The translations under genes were made by a program, and so were the position numbers. The notes beneath the pieces are model-generated. The model saw only the letters and a program-made list of their open reading frames with translations. It had not been told where the DNA came from and did no database searches. A stretch of DNA of 64,000 bases. Origin: a virus. The first letter of the stretch is position 1; each line of letters begins with the position of its first letter. Of the stretch, positions 56,571 through 64,000 are shown in pieces. The DNA lies in the IMG/VR virus record IMGVR_UViG_3300008266_000002, one strand, 5' to 3'.

Positions 56571-56915
56571 ATGAAAAACTTAATTCTTGCTTTTTTGCTT
56601 TTTGCTAGCACTGTTTTATCTGCTCAAACTTACTACTGTGTACAGATTATGAGTACCCAAAATCCACAACTTTTAACTAAAGAACATGTGGAATTTACTG
56701 GTGACCCTGCCTTCTTTGAAATGGTCGTAGTTAACAATGTTACATACTATAGAGTAATGTTTGTATACACTGATGAGATTGAAGCTAAAGTTACGTTAGA
56801 TTTAGTGTCTGGAGCAGGTTATCAGTACTCGCTTATATGCACTAGAACTAAGGAGCAAATTGCGAAAATGATACCCGTATTTACGCTTAGTATGGTGAAT
56901 CCCGATAACCAATAA
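56571..56915 (+). CDS. Secreted protein, possibly SPOR-like
   Basis: Signal peptide ending LSA-Q; YCVQI...YYRV......EA...L.....GY. Confidence 0.5.
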   Translation: MKNLILAFLLFASTVLSAQTYYCVQIMSTQNPQLLTKEHVEFTGDPAFFEMVVVNNVTYYRVMFVYTDEIEAKVTLDLVSGAGYQYSLICTRTKEQIAKMIPVFTLSMVNPDNQ

Positions 56916-56950
56916 TTTATATTTTTTAACTCTTTAAACTAGTATTTTTT

Positions 56951-57163
56951 ATGAGAATTGTTGATGCTTTTTGGCTTGGTGGTGTTGGTTTTGTTAAGGT
57001 TAGTAACAACTTTGAAACCAAGGTTTTGGTTGGTGTTGTACAAGGAGTAAATGAGACGTATGACACAGAATTTATCGCTAAAAACGGTGTTATTGTTCCT
57101 CCAGGTTCCTTGTTAAGATTCTTGGAAAATGACTCTTACAAAGATGAATACGTACCCGAATAA
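56951..57163 (+). CDS. Hypothetical phage protein
   Basis: 70 aa ORF; GV..G.NE..D...IA..G. Confidence 0.55.
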   Translation: MRIVDAFWLGGVGFVKVSNNFETKVLVGVVQGVNETYDTEFIAKNGVIVPPGSLLRFLENDSYKDEYVPE

Positions 57164-57194
57164 CTCTTTTTTTCACACACACAAATATTTATAT

Positions 57195-57446
57195 ATGACT
57201 AAGTTTTTTGCATTTATCACTACTACTTTATTACTTATTTCATGTGGTAAATCTTCCCAACTTGAAGAGTACACTCGTGACGTAAAAAAAGGCGTAATTG
57301 TTGAGATTTTTCGTAAAAATCCTTGTGGAATTCATGAGGAAATTAGTCCAAAATTTTATGCAATTACACATGAAAGTGATACGGTAACTTGCACTCGTTA
57401 TAGTAAAATTGGAGATTCGGTATACTTTATAAAATATAGCAAATAA
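57195..57446 (+). CDS. Small lipoprotein
   Basis: MTKFFAFITTTLLLISC lipobox. Confidence 0.55.
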   Translation: MTKFFAFITTTLLLISCGKSSQLEEYTRDVKKGVIVEIFRKNPCGIHEEISPKFYAITHESDTVTCTRYSKIGDSVYFIKYSK

Positions 57447-58201
57447 TGAAATTATCACAACTGAAGAAGATTATTAAAGAGGAGATCGCAAACGTAATGC
57501 AAGAGGGAGTTTATGATCCAGGAATACTAAAAGCTGTGTTCTTAGCAGGAGGTCCTGGAAGTGGAAAATCTACAGTAGGAAACGCTCTATTTGGTGTGAC
57601 AAAAGCAGGGTTTTCTATGGAAGGTTTGAAGAATGTAAACAGTGATAAATTCTTTGAATTTTTGCTCCAAAAAGGTGGATTTTCATCTAATTTGGCAGCT
57701 GCCTCAAAGGAGGATTTTTTAAAGATTACTACCGGTGAAACATCGCCTAGAGAGCGTGCAAAAGTAATGTCAAATAAGGCGTATGCTTCCTACTTAGTAG
57801 GTCGTTTAGGAGTGTTGATTGACGGTACTGGGGATGATCCTAATAAGTTAATAACTAAGGCTGAAATGCTAAAAAACGACTTTGGATACGATGTCTGTAT
57901 GGTGTTTGTAAACACACCTTTGGAGAAGGCTCAAGAGCGTAATTTAGGTCGTGATAGAAAATTACCTGCCAGTACAGTTGAGGAGATTTGGAATGCTGCT
58001 CAAGCCGCTAAAAAGGTGTACGAAGGTTACTTTGGAAACGCGTTTATGGAAGCTATAAACGACAAGGATTCTGCACCTGGCCAACCTATTTCAATCGATC
58101 CTCAAGTGGAAAAATTTGCACGTTCTTTCATGCGTAAACCAATACAAAATCCAGTTGGGAAAGAGTGGGTATCTCAGCAATTAGCCGCTAAAAAACGATA
58201 A
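57446..58201 (+). CDS. P-loop kinase (zeta-toxin/AAA_33-like) with shared leader
   Basis: Leader MKLSQLKKIIKEEIANVMQE; AVFLAGGPGSGKS, VNSD, IDGTG, A.ERN..R.R. Confidence 0.8.
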   Translation: MKLSQLKKIIKEEIANVMQEGVYDPGILKAVFLAGGPGSGKSTVGNALFGVTKAGFSMEGLKNVNSDKFFEFLLQKGGFSSNLAAASKEDFLKITTGETSPRERAKVMSNKAYASYLVGRLGVLIDGTGDDPNKLITKAEMLKNDFGYDVCMVFVNTPLEKAQERNLGRDRKLPASTVEEIWNAAQAAKKVYEGYFGNAFMEAINDKDSAPGQPISIDPQVEKFARSFMRKPIQNPVGKEWVSQQLAAKKR

Positions 58202-58854
58202 TGATAAAACTCAAAAAACTACTACGAGAACTAGCTTATTACGACCTTACCAGTGAAGATCCTGATAAGGTCTTTGCTCGTAGTAATGATGAGTTTGGAC
58301 TGCTGATTTCCCGTGATATTGTTAATGCCTTCAAGAGAGGTGATAAGAAATATTACAAAGAAATCTACTTGGATAGAGCTGGGGACTATGCTGAATTTCA
58401 AGTCAAAGCTCGCTTTATAAAACGTCCAAAACAAGAGTATAGCCACTCGATTGAGGGTGGTGGTAGTTCTGAATATCTAGAGTTAATTATTGAATACAAT
58501 CCTAAGATGTTTCCAGCTGCAATGAATAAATTAATTGCTGAAATTAAAGAAACAATTGTGCATGAATTAGAACACGTAGGTCAGCAAAACTTTGAGGATA
58601 TGTTTGTAGTTGCTGGTCGTAATCACCATGATTATGCTCAATACCTTGTAGATGCTGAGGAAGTTCCTGCCTTTGTTAAGGGACTTATAAAACGTGCTAA
58701 AGTTACAAAACAATCCCTTGATGCAACAATGGAAGATTGGTATCGTGATAATATAAGGCAGTTTGAATTCCATAATGTTAGTTGGCCGTCAATTAAAAAA
58801 GTGTGGATGGATTGGGCTCAAGCAAACAAAGATAAAATTAAAAAATTTGCATAA
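58201..58854 (+). CDS. HExxH zincin-like protein with shared leader
   Basis: MIKLKKLLRE; ETIVHELEH..Q...Y....EEVPA. Confidence 0.65.
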   Translation: MIKLKKLLRELAYYDLTSEDPDKVFARSNDEFGLLISRDIVNAFKRGDKKYYKEIYLDRAGDYAEFQVKARFIKRPKQEYSHSIEGGGSSEYLELIIEYNPKMFPAAMNKLIAEIKETIVHELEHVGQQNFEDMFVVAGRNHHDYAQYLVDAEEVPAFVKGLIKRAKVTKQSLDATMEDWYRDNIRQFEFHNVSWPSIKKVWMDWAQANKDKIKKFA

Positions 58855-59396
58855 TGATAAAGTTGATGTCCCTTCTTAGAGAGGCTTTTTCTGATGACTA
58901 TAATAAGAACGTGTGGGTTGAATTACCTCGCCAAAAGGTCTTAGATTATGCTGATAATATTGCGGATCTAATATCAAATGCTTACGCTGCAAAGGGTGGT
59001 AATTTTGAGATTCAAACAGGCGCCGATTTAAAAAATTCAGATGTAACTTACTGGGTTGCTAATGACCTAGATCAGGATCCTGAAGCAGATGTTGTGGTGG
59101 GAGGTAAGAAAACTTCAGCTGGCACAAAAATGACAATGTTAGGTCAAGATGGCTCTGCAGAAGCAAAAAAAGAGGCTATTGTTAAGATGGTTCGGTTAAT
59201 GAAACAGAGAGGCTTTTATGCTGAGATGGATCCAGATTTAGCTGAGAAACTAGGCTTACCGCATGTTGATGATGAGGCTACTATACGTAAAGTAATTAAT
59301 AAAGATCTTACAATGAATCCTGATGGTAGCTATACAAGACTAATATCAGGTACCCACAAACATATAAAAGTATTAGTTGGTATTCCAAAGGTATGA
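58854..59396 (+). CDS. Hypothetical protein with shared leader (MIKLMSLLRE)
   Basis: Leader; LI..AYA..GG. Confidence 0.65.
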   Translation: MIKLMSLLREAFSDDYNKNVWVELPRQKVLDYADNIADLISNAYAAKGGNFEIQTGADLKNSDVTYWVANDLDQDPEADVVVGGKKTSAGTKMTMLGQDGSAEAKKEAIVKMVRLMKQRGFYAEMDPDLAEKLGLPHVDDEATIRKVINKDLTMNPDGSYTRLISGTHKHIKVLVGIPKV

Positions 59397-59992
59397 TAAG
59401 ACTTACAAACATATTAAACGAAATCGGAGAAGGTGTTAAGCCATTCCCTTTTAAAGTATGGACTGGTAGTTCAACTCCTGAATCATGGCTGAAAAAAATC
59501 TATGCGGACGATATGCTAAACCGACTTGGATTAGAGCCACCAATCGCTTATTTGTTTAGTAGTGATCAGGCAGATTATGTAGTCTACATAAATGGTGATG
59601 CAGCTAGTGAAAGCTTCCTCAAAGATATGGGAAAAGTTCCTGAGGATGCAACACTCGATCATCAGTATGAAATTAGACTTGAAGTAGCTTTTGATGTTAA
59701 GGGCTCCGGAGAACAAAAACTCACCAACTTTGGTGAGCAGTTTCGTGTTATATCTACAGTAACCGAGTGTGTAGTTGATACAGTGAAAAAACTAGTACAG
59801 GATAAGAATATATGGGTAAAAGAGGTTCACATTGGGCCTAAAAAGGAAAAAGGTGAAGGCTTACATAATGCTGATGAAACAAAACGTGGTCGCTTATATT
59901 TAGCTTATATCAATAAACAACTATCACGTTTTGAAGGTAATTGGAGAGTGCGTATTGATCGGCATGAATTTGTCTTAATAAGAGAATCATAG
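59393..59992 (+). CDS. Hypothetical protein with shared leader (MIRLTNILNE)
   Basis: Leader; TN.GEQFRV.STV...KRGRLY..Y. Confidence 0.65.
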   Translation: MIRLTNILNEIGEGVKPFPFKVWTGSSTPESWLKKIYADDMLNRLGLEPPIAYLFSSDQADYVVYINGDAASESFLKDMGKVPEDATLDHQYEIRLEVAFDVKGSGEQKLTNFGEQFRVISTVTECVVDTVKKLVQDKNIWVKEVHIGPKKEKGEGLHNADETKRGRLYLAYINKQLSRFEGNWRVRIDRHEFVLIRES

Positions 59993-60003
59993 CCATCAAA
60001 GAT

Positions 60004-60075
60004 ACGGTTAGGACCGTTTGCCGTTACGGCAATTTTTAACCACTCAAGTGTCGCTACCTGGGTGGTTATTTTTTT
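60004..60075 (+). ncRNA. Candidate structured RNA: hairpin cluster ending in a terminator
   Basis: acggt/accgt, ttgccg/cggcaa, taaccactca/tgggtggtta plus T7. Confidence 0.45.
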
Positions 60076-60292
60076 GTTACCTATTTATTATAGTAACATT
60101 GCTAATCTAGCACCATCATAACGTACTATGAATAATAAAGATTTAATTGAAGAGATGCTATGGGTTGCTTTTAAAAATGGTGTTGGAGTTGAGTTAGCAG
60201 AAGCAGCTGGACAATATATCCGAATTGAAAAGCTAACTCGCTTAGAAGCTTACACCAAGGCCTTTGCAGAACTTAACCTAAAACTATAATCT

Positions 60293-60589
60293 ATGAAAAA
60301 ATTACTCGAGCGCATTGATAAATTTTCTTTTGCTCAGATGACTTCAAACGAATCTGGAAAAACCTCTGCATCAGGTACAATGGGTGTTATTATTTGTACT
60401 ATTGGCACACTATGTTTTTTAATTGGATGTCTCGATAAGGTATTTGTGAGTAAGGATATTGACATTATTACGCAAAGTATTATCTTTGTTGGTATAGGAG
60501 CCAGCTTACTTGGATTAAGAAAGTTTACCACAGCCAATAGCTCTATTGACAACACCCAAGAGGAAAAATCTCCCGAATCTTTAGGATAA
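60293..60589 (+). CDS. Two-TM membrane protein (holin-like topology)
   Basis: GKTS.S motif, then two hydrophobic helices and a charged tail. Confidence 0.55.
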   Translation: MKKLLERIDKFSFAQMTSNESGKTSASGTMGVIICTIGTLCFLIGCLDKVFVSKDIDIITQSIIFVGIGASLLGLRKFTTANSSIDNTQEEKSPESLG

Positions 60590-60626
60590 CGTTGTCTAAA
60601 TAATTTTATTTTGCTATATTACTAGC

Positions 60627-61133
60627 ATGAATAAAATATTATATACACCATGGCAAATCGAGGATGTAGTTGATGGTATTGCTACGCATCTTAACACCCT
60701 CTATAATCAAGAAAACGAAGACGAGGTCGTTTTTGCACCAATCCTTCAAGGGGTTGTGCCTTTTTTCTCTGATATTAGTAGAAACCTGCTCTTTAATCCA
60801 TACGTGGATTATATAGGCGTAAGTTCTTATACTGGTGAAGAGCAAACCGAATTTAATCTATACAAAGCTCCAGATCCAACTATCGTAAAAGATAAAGTTG
60901 TATGGTTGTTTGATGATATCGCTGATTCAGGTAAGACACTCGAATTTCTTCAAACCCTACTAATATCCTTAGGTGCTAAAGAAGTTAAAACATGCGTTCT
61001 TTTGAAAAAGAGTCATTGTCCTTTTCCAGTAGATCTTTATGGCTTTCCTATGAATGATGAGTGGGTTTGGGGATATGGCATGGATGCTCCTGATGGAAGA
61101 GGAAGACTCTTAAATGCTATATTTTGTAAATGA
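60627..61133 (+). CDS. hpt: Hypoxanthine phosphoribosyltransferase
   Basis: ILQG..PF.SD, VSSY.G, PRPP loop LFDDIADSGKTL, WVWGYGMD. Confidence 0.9.
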   Translation: MNKILYTPWQIEDVVDGIATHLNTLYNQENEDEVVFAPILQGVVPFFSDISRNLLFNPYVDYIGVSSYTGEEQTEFNLYKAPDPTIVKDKVVWLFDDIADSGKTLEFLQTLLISLGAKEVKTCVLLKKSHCPFPVDLYGFPMNDEWVWGYGMDAPDGRGRLLNAIFCK

Positions 61134-61483
61134 AAAAACACAGCTTTAACATGTTAGTTTTAATATCTCTTGTGCTATTTTTCATTGCCCAAATGATAGC
61201 ATGGATCCAGATTAATGGTCAGTTTGTTTGGCCTTGGATGAAGAATTATAAATTTCTTATTAGCTTGTCAGGAGTGCCAATTAGCTACCTTTTAATGATA
61301 GCAACTGACTATGCATACGAAGGCATGAATGGTAAAATTTGGCCTGGAAGACTTATGGCTTTTGCAGTTGGCATTCTCGTGTTTACCATTTTCACAAACG
61401 TGTTTCTAGGTGAGGGCATTGATACAAGAGCTGCTGTGAGTTTAATATTAGCCACTATATTATTAGCAATCCAGATGATATAA
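61130..61483 (+). CDS. Four-TM small membrane protein (DMT/SMR-like topology)
   Basis: Four hydrophobic helices; FLGE before the last helix. Confidence 0.6.
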   Translation: MKKHSFNMLVLISLVLFFIAQMIAWIQINGQFVWPWMKNYKFLISLSGVPISYLLMIATDYAYEGMNGKIWPGRLMAFAVGILVFTIFTNVFLGEGIDTRAAVSLILATILLAIQMI

Positions 61484-61512
61484 AAAAACCCTCTTTTGAG
61501 GGTTCTTTTTTT
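61482..61512. terminator. Bidirectional terminator between convergent genes
   Basis: A7-ccctc-tttt-gaggg followed by T-rich tract. Confidence 0.8.
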
Positions 61513-61897
61513 AGATGCTTGGTTGTAGGATGGTTACTGAATCCGGAAGAAATACCTCCATAGTTAGTTTTTCAATAATGGGCACACCACCAATACTAAC
61601 TTGTCTCACCAAATTTGGCATAGTAATTACTAACACTCCATTTTCCAATTTTGCTACGTGATCATATCTTCCTGCGGTAGCCAATGAACCTAATATAGAT
61701 TCGCTAACATTTGACTCAATTGTAAGATAAATACGTAGATAGCTATTATTCCAGTTCTTTATAACCTTCGAGCATTCAGTTTCAATAGCAACCTGGTTTG
61801 AAGAGTTAACAAAAGATTTAATAAACGTCTTGCTTGATTGGGCTTGACCAGTCACCGAAGCAAAAAGCAAAAGTCCTCCTAAAATAAACTTTTTCAT
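61511..61897 (-). CDS. Secreted hypothetical protein; the only convincing minus-strand gene
   Basis: Signal peptide MKKFILGGLLLFASVTGQA-Q; minus-strand TATTTAT at 61927-61933; shared terminator. Confidence 0.75.
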   Translation of the reverse strand: MKKFILGGLLLFASVTGQAQSSKTFIKSFVNSSNQVAIETECSKVIKNWNNSYLRIYLTIESNVSESILGSLATAGRYDHVAKLENGVLVITMPNLVRQVSIGGVPIIEKLTMEVFLPDSVTILQPSI

Positions 61898-61992
61898 AAA
61901 TTATAAGTTTTAGTGAATTATATATCATAAATATAGACCTTTTTCATTGAAATACAAATTATATTCTGTTAAAATAAATTTTATAATAGCTG

Positions 61993-62023
61993 TTGTTTTT
62001 TGTTTTAAGTTGGTGTATATTTA
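61993..62023 (+). promoter_or_regulatory. tmRNA promoter
   Basis: TTG-N20-TATATTTA ending 8 nt before the tmRNA 5' end. Confidence 0.65.
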
Positions 62024-62031
62024 TATTATAA

Positions 62032-62404
62032 GGGGATGAATGGAATCGACAGATAGATGCGCTCTTTGAAATGATGCAAGTAAGGTTAGATGGAAACCTT
62101 TGACGACCTATCGCAAAAATATTCGGCAACGAACTTTCTGATTGGACCTGGGAAGATGCTATGGCATTCGTAGGTGCAGATTTAGCAATTGCAGCTTAGT
62201 CTCTCTCGTATCACTCACGAGACCTATTAAATGAAGTGAACCAACCGCTTTTGTAATTTGAGCTTGTCAAATAGCCTACAGTTTGCAAGTAGGAGTAGCA
62301 ATACAAACTTGATATTTTGTTCGTTAAGAAAAACGTACTAAACTTGTGAATGAATTTTACTTGATCGACTAGACTGGACGTGGGTTCGAATCCCACCATC
62401 TCCA
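62032..62404 (+). ncRNA. ssrA: tmRNA (SsrA)
   Basis: 5' ggggatg...ggaatcgac; 3' gacgtgggttcgaatcccaccatctcca with G3-U70 alanyl identity pair; tag ORF 62125-62199 GNELSDWTWEDAMAFVGADLAIAA*. Confidence 0.95.
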
Positions 62405-62486
62405 CAAAAAAAGCAAACGTGTTGCCTACACAAAAAAAAGGTAGTATATTTATTATTATTAGTTAATTAACAAAACAATTTTTAAA

Positions 62487-62645
62487 ATGAAAAGATTTAT
62501 GTTCGCTGCATTGGTAGTAGCTCTTTTAGCAAGCTGTAGTTCTAAAGCTACCGAAGAAACAACAACTACAACAACTGATTCAACCTCTGTTGATTCTGCT
62601 ACAGTGGTTACTGATTCAACAGCTACTACTACAATCAGCAAGTAA
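62487..62645 (+). CDS. Small Thr/Ser-rich lipoprotein (52 aa, not in ORF track)
   Basis: MKRFMFAALVVALLASC lipobox; three D-S-(T/A) motifs; own promoter TTG(62422)-N20-TATATTTA. Confidence 0.8.
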   Translation: MKRFMFAALVVALLASCSSKATEETTTTTTDSTSVDSATVVTDSTATTTISK

Positions 62646-62698
62646 CTTTTATGTTACTTTTTCTACGAAATATGGCGTAAAAGTAACTTTTATGTTAC
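62640..62698. repeat. Two copies of an 18-bp repeat with internal palindrome
   Basis: aagtaacttttatgttac at 62640-62657 and 62681-62698. Confidence 0.8.
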
Positions 62699-62727
62699 AT
62701 TTTGTAGCTTGTGTGTGTGTTAAATTT

Positions 62728-62754
62728 GGCCGGTCTTTATGATCGGCCTTTTTT
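62728..62754 (+). terminator. Intrinsic terminator
   Basis: ggccggtc/gatcggcc stem plus T6. Confidence 0.85.
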
Positions 62755-62798
62755 GTTATATGATATTTATATACAGTAACAATTAAATATCATACGTC

Positions 62799-62942
62799 AT
62801 GTCAGCAAAAACAAAAGTTCAAACTACAGTTAAATTCAAACTCAAATCTAAAAAAAGACGACCAGGAATACACGCTAAAACCAAACAGAGTACTAACAAA
62901 TCAAATAAAAATTATGTCAAAGTTAGCGTAGGTCAGGGTTAA
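62799..62942 (+). CDS. Small highly basic protein (47 aa, not in ORF track)
   Basis: MSAKTKV...KKRRPGIHAKTK...KNY....GQG*; TATTTATA at 62764. Confidence 0.65.
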   Translation: MSAKTKVQTTVKFKLKSKKRRPGIHAKTKQSTNKSNKNYVKVSVGQG

Positions 62943-63014
62943 AAGAGTTGACTTTTTGCGCAAAAAACCGTATGTTACATATTATAAATTTTTTACAATT
63001 TTAAAATAAAAGTT

Positions 63015-63308
63015 ATGTTATTTATTACTATTAGTGTTCTATCCTTTATTGGATTTTGTATTTTAGGCTTCTGTGTTTATGATTATCGCAATAAAGCAAT
63101 TGATTGTAAAATCAAATACAACTCAACAAAGGATTTTGCTGAAAATGCTGCAAAAAAGATTTTAGAGCTAGAAGCAGTAAAATCTGAAATGGCTGCAAAG
63201 CTTATTGAAAAAGATCGAATTATAACTAAATACGAAGCTGGAAAAGAAGAGGTAAAAAAGGCTATGAAATCGATAGCATCTACACCACCTCGCAATGATA
63301 ATAATTAA
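63015..63308 (+). CDS. Membrane-anchored coiled-coil protein
   Basis: N-terminal TM plus heptads. Confidence 0.6.
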   Translation: MLFITISVLSFIGFCILGFCVYDYRNKAIDCKIKYNSTKDFAENAAKKILELEAVKSEMAAKLIEKDRIITKYEAGKEEVKKAMKSIASTPPRNDNN

Positions 63309-63320
63309 ACACACTGGATT

Positions 63321-63743
63321 ATGGGATGCTTTGAAAAATTAGTCAAATCGAAGTTTTTAACAAACATCTCCAAAGAGTTAGATATGGCTCGTGAGGCTGT
63401 TAAGTCCATGAGCCTAACTCATCTCCCACCCCAAATCTTACCAAACAAAAAAGATAGAAAAGCTCTCTACGATGAATACGTTTATGAGCTTATGTTACTA
63501 GAAGAGATAGAGGACACTATACTCGAAGGTATGGATCCTAAGTTTGTTTACTATATGCAGGCTGATCAGTTTCTATTTGTATATAGCCAAAATCAACAGC
63601 TAGTCAAGGATGCTATTGTGTATGCATACAATCTAAACGGTGATTGGCCGATCTACAAAGCAAGACATCGATTTGGCTCTGTAACTATTCACGCAGTATT
63701 ATTAGATACACGTTTTGAATTTATTCCAGCCTCCCCTAACTAA
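63321..63743 (+). CDS. Hypothetical protein
   Basis: 140 aa ORF. Confidence 0.6.
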   Translation: MGCFEKLVKSKFLTNISKELDMAREAVKSMSLTHLPPQILPNKKDRKALYDEYVYELMLLEEIEDTILEGMDPKFVYYMQADQFLFVYSQNQQLVKDAIVYAYNLNGDWPIYKARHRFGSVTIHAVLLDTRFEFIPASPN

Positions 63744-63800
63744 AGTTGCTTGTTTGTATTTTTATACCTATATTTATCGAATAATAAAATATATCAAAGT

Positions 63801-64000
63801 ATGGGTATAACATTAGAATGTATGAAATGTGGGGTGACAATGCCTAATAGAAGCACGGGTGCTACTGCCGCAATATGCTGGCAATGCGTTAATGAATCTA
63901 TGAAGGAGTTTAATCAGCCCATCAAAACAAAACAGGCGCCTGCGCAAGGTTTTCCAAAGGGTTGGAGGTTTATGAAAGAGTTTGTTCATGCTAATGGTAC
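63801..64000 (+). CDS. Zinc-finger hypothetical protein (3' truncated by window)
   Basis: CMKCG...CWQC...GFPKGWRFMKEFV; promoter TTG(63746)-N20-TATATTTA. Confidence 0.6.
   Translation, partial: MGITLECMKCGVTMPNRSTGATAAICWQCVNESMKEFNQPIKTKQAPAQGFPKGWRFMKEFVHANG

Noticed and set aside
62211-62405. Minus-strand 64-aa ORF (also 43505-43807 and the 5' extensions of ORFs 43524 and 49156)
   Set aside because: Shadow translations of tmRNA and tRNA sequences
889-63295. Numerous short minus-strand and alternate-frame ORFs in the track
   Set aside because: They overlap well-supported + strand genes and show no motifs; only 61511-61897 is credible
1-64000. Cellular (bacterial) origin suggested by groEL, gmd, thyX, hpt and tmRNA
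   Set aside because: Single-strand packing of many tiny hypothetical ORFs, repeated early promoters, phage-type PolA and lysins, and absence of housekeeping operons indicate a large phage
1-64000. Stop-codon reassignment, as in some large Bacteroidota phages
   Set aside because: Conserved genes are intact under code 11, and TAG and TGA both end ORFs at sensible positions (e.g. groES ends in TAG)
1-64000. Diversity-generating retroelement, retron, intron or intein
   Set aside because: No reverse transcriptase motifs, template/variable repeat pair or interrupted conserved gene seen; the HNH gene at 24669 is free-standing

Overview
This window is part of a large lytic dsDNA (jumbo/huge-type) bacteriophage genome, most likely infecting a Bacteroidota host. 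Supporting signs: AT-rich DNA, A-rich leaders largely without Shine-Dalgarno sites, about 20 TTG-N19/20-TAnnTTTA-like promoters, a DUF4494-like gene, a tmRNA tag starting with Gly, and Bacteroidota-style lipoproteins. Genetic code 11; nearly all genes are on the + strand. Layout: family A DNA polymerase end; Hsp20-GroES-GroEL; nuclease and cell-wall hydrolases; a ~16.7 kb glycosyltransferase/unusual-sugar cluster (7.0-23.8 kb); accessory genes (ClpS, UvsE, TraR, aaRS-like catalytic domain, ThyX); an early region of promoter-driven small ORFs (35.9-57 kb) with tRNA-Gln and aberrant tRNA-like elements; a MoxR/VWA pair; a family of ORFs sharing an N-terminal leader; HPRT; tmRNA. Best candidate novel system: an integron-like array of single-gene cassettes at 45.6-46.9 kb, separated by non-canonical attC-like hairpins, in which each cassette's two ends are complementary and some ORFs start inside the preceding hairpin loop. 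Other strong leads: 12 proteins with a putative capsid-targeting leader fused to effector-like domains (ART, GNAT, kinase, zincin); same-acceptor tRNA-like elements with scrambled anticodon arms; a tmRNA with a 24-codon tag; and two matching non-coding modules bracketing a ~5 kb early block (possible terminal-repeat boundaries). All protein calls are by motif recognition, without database searches.
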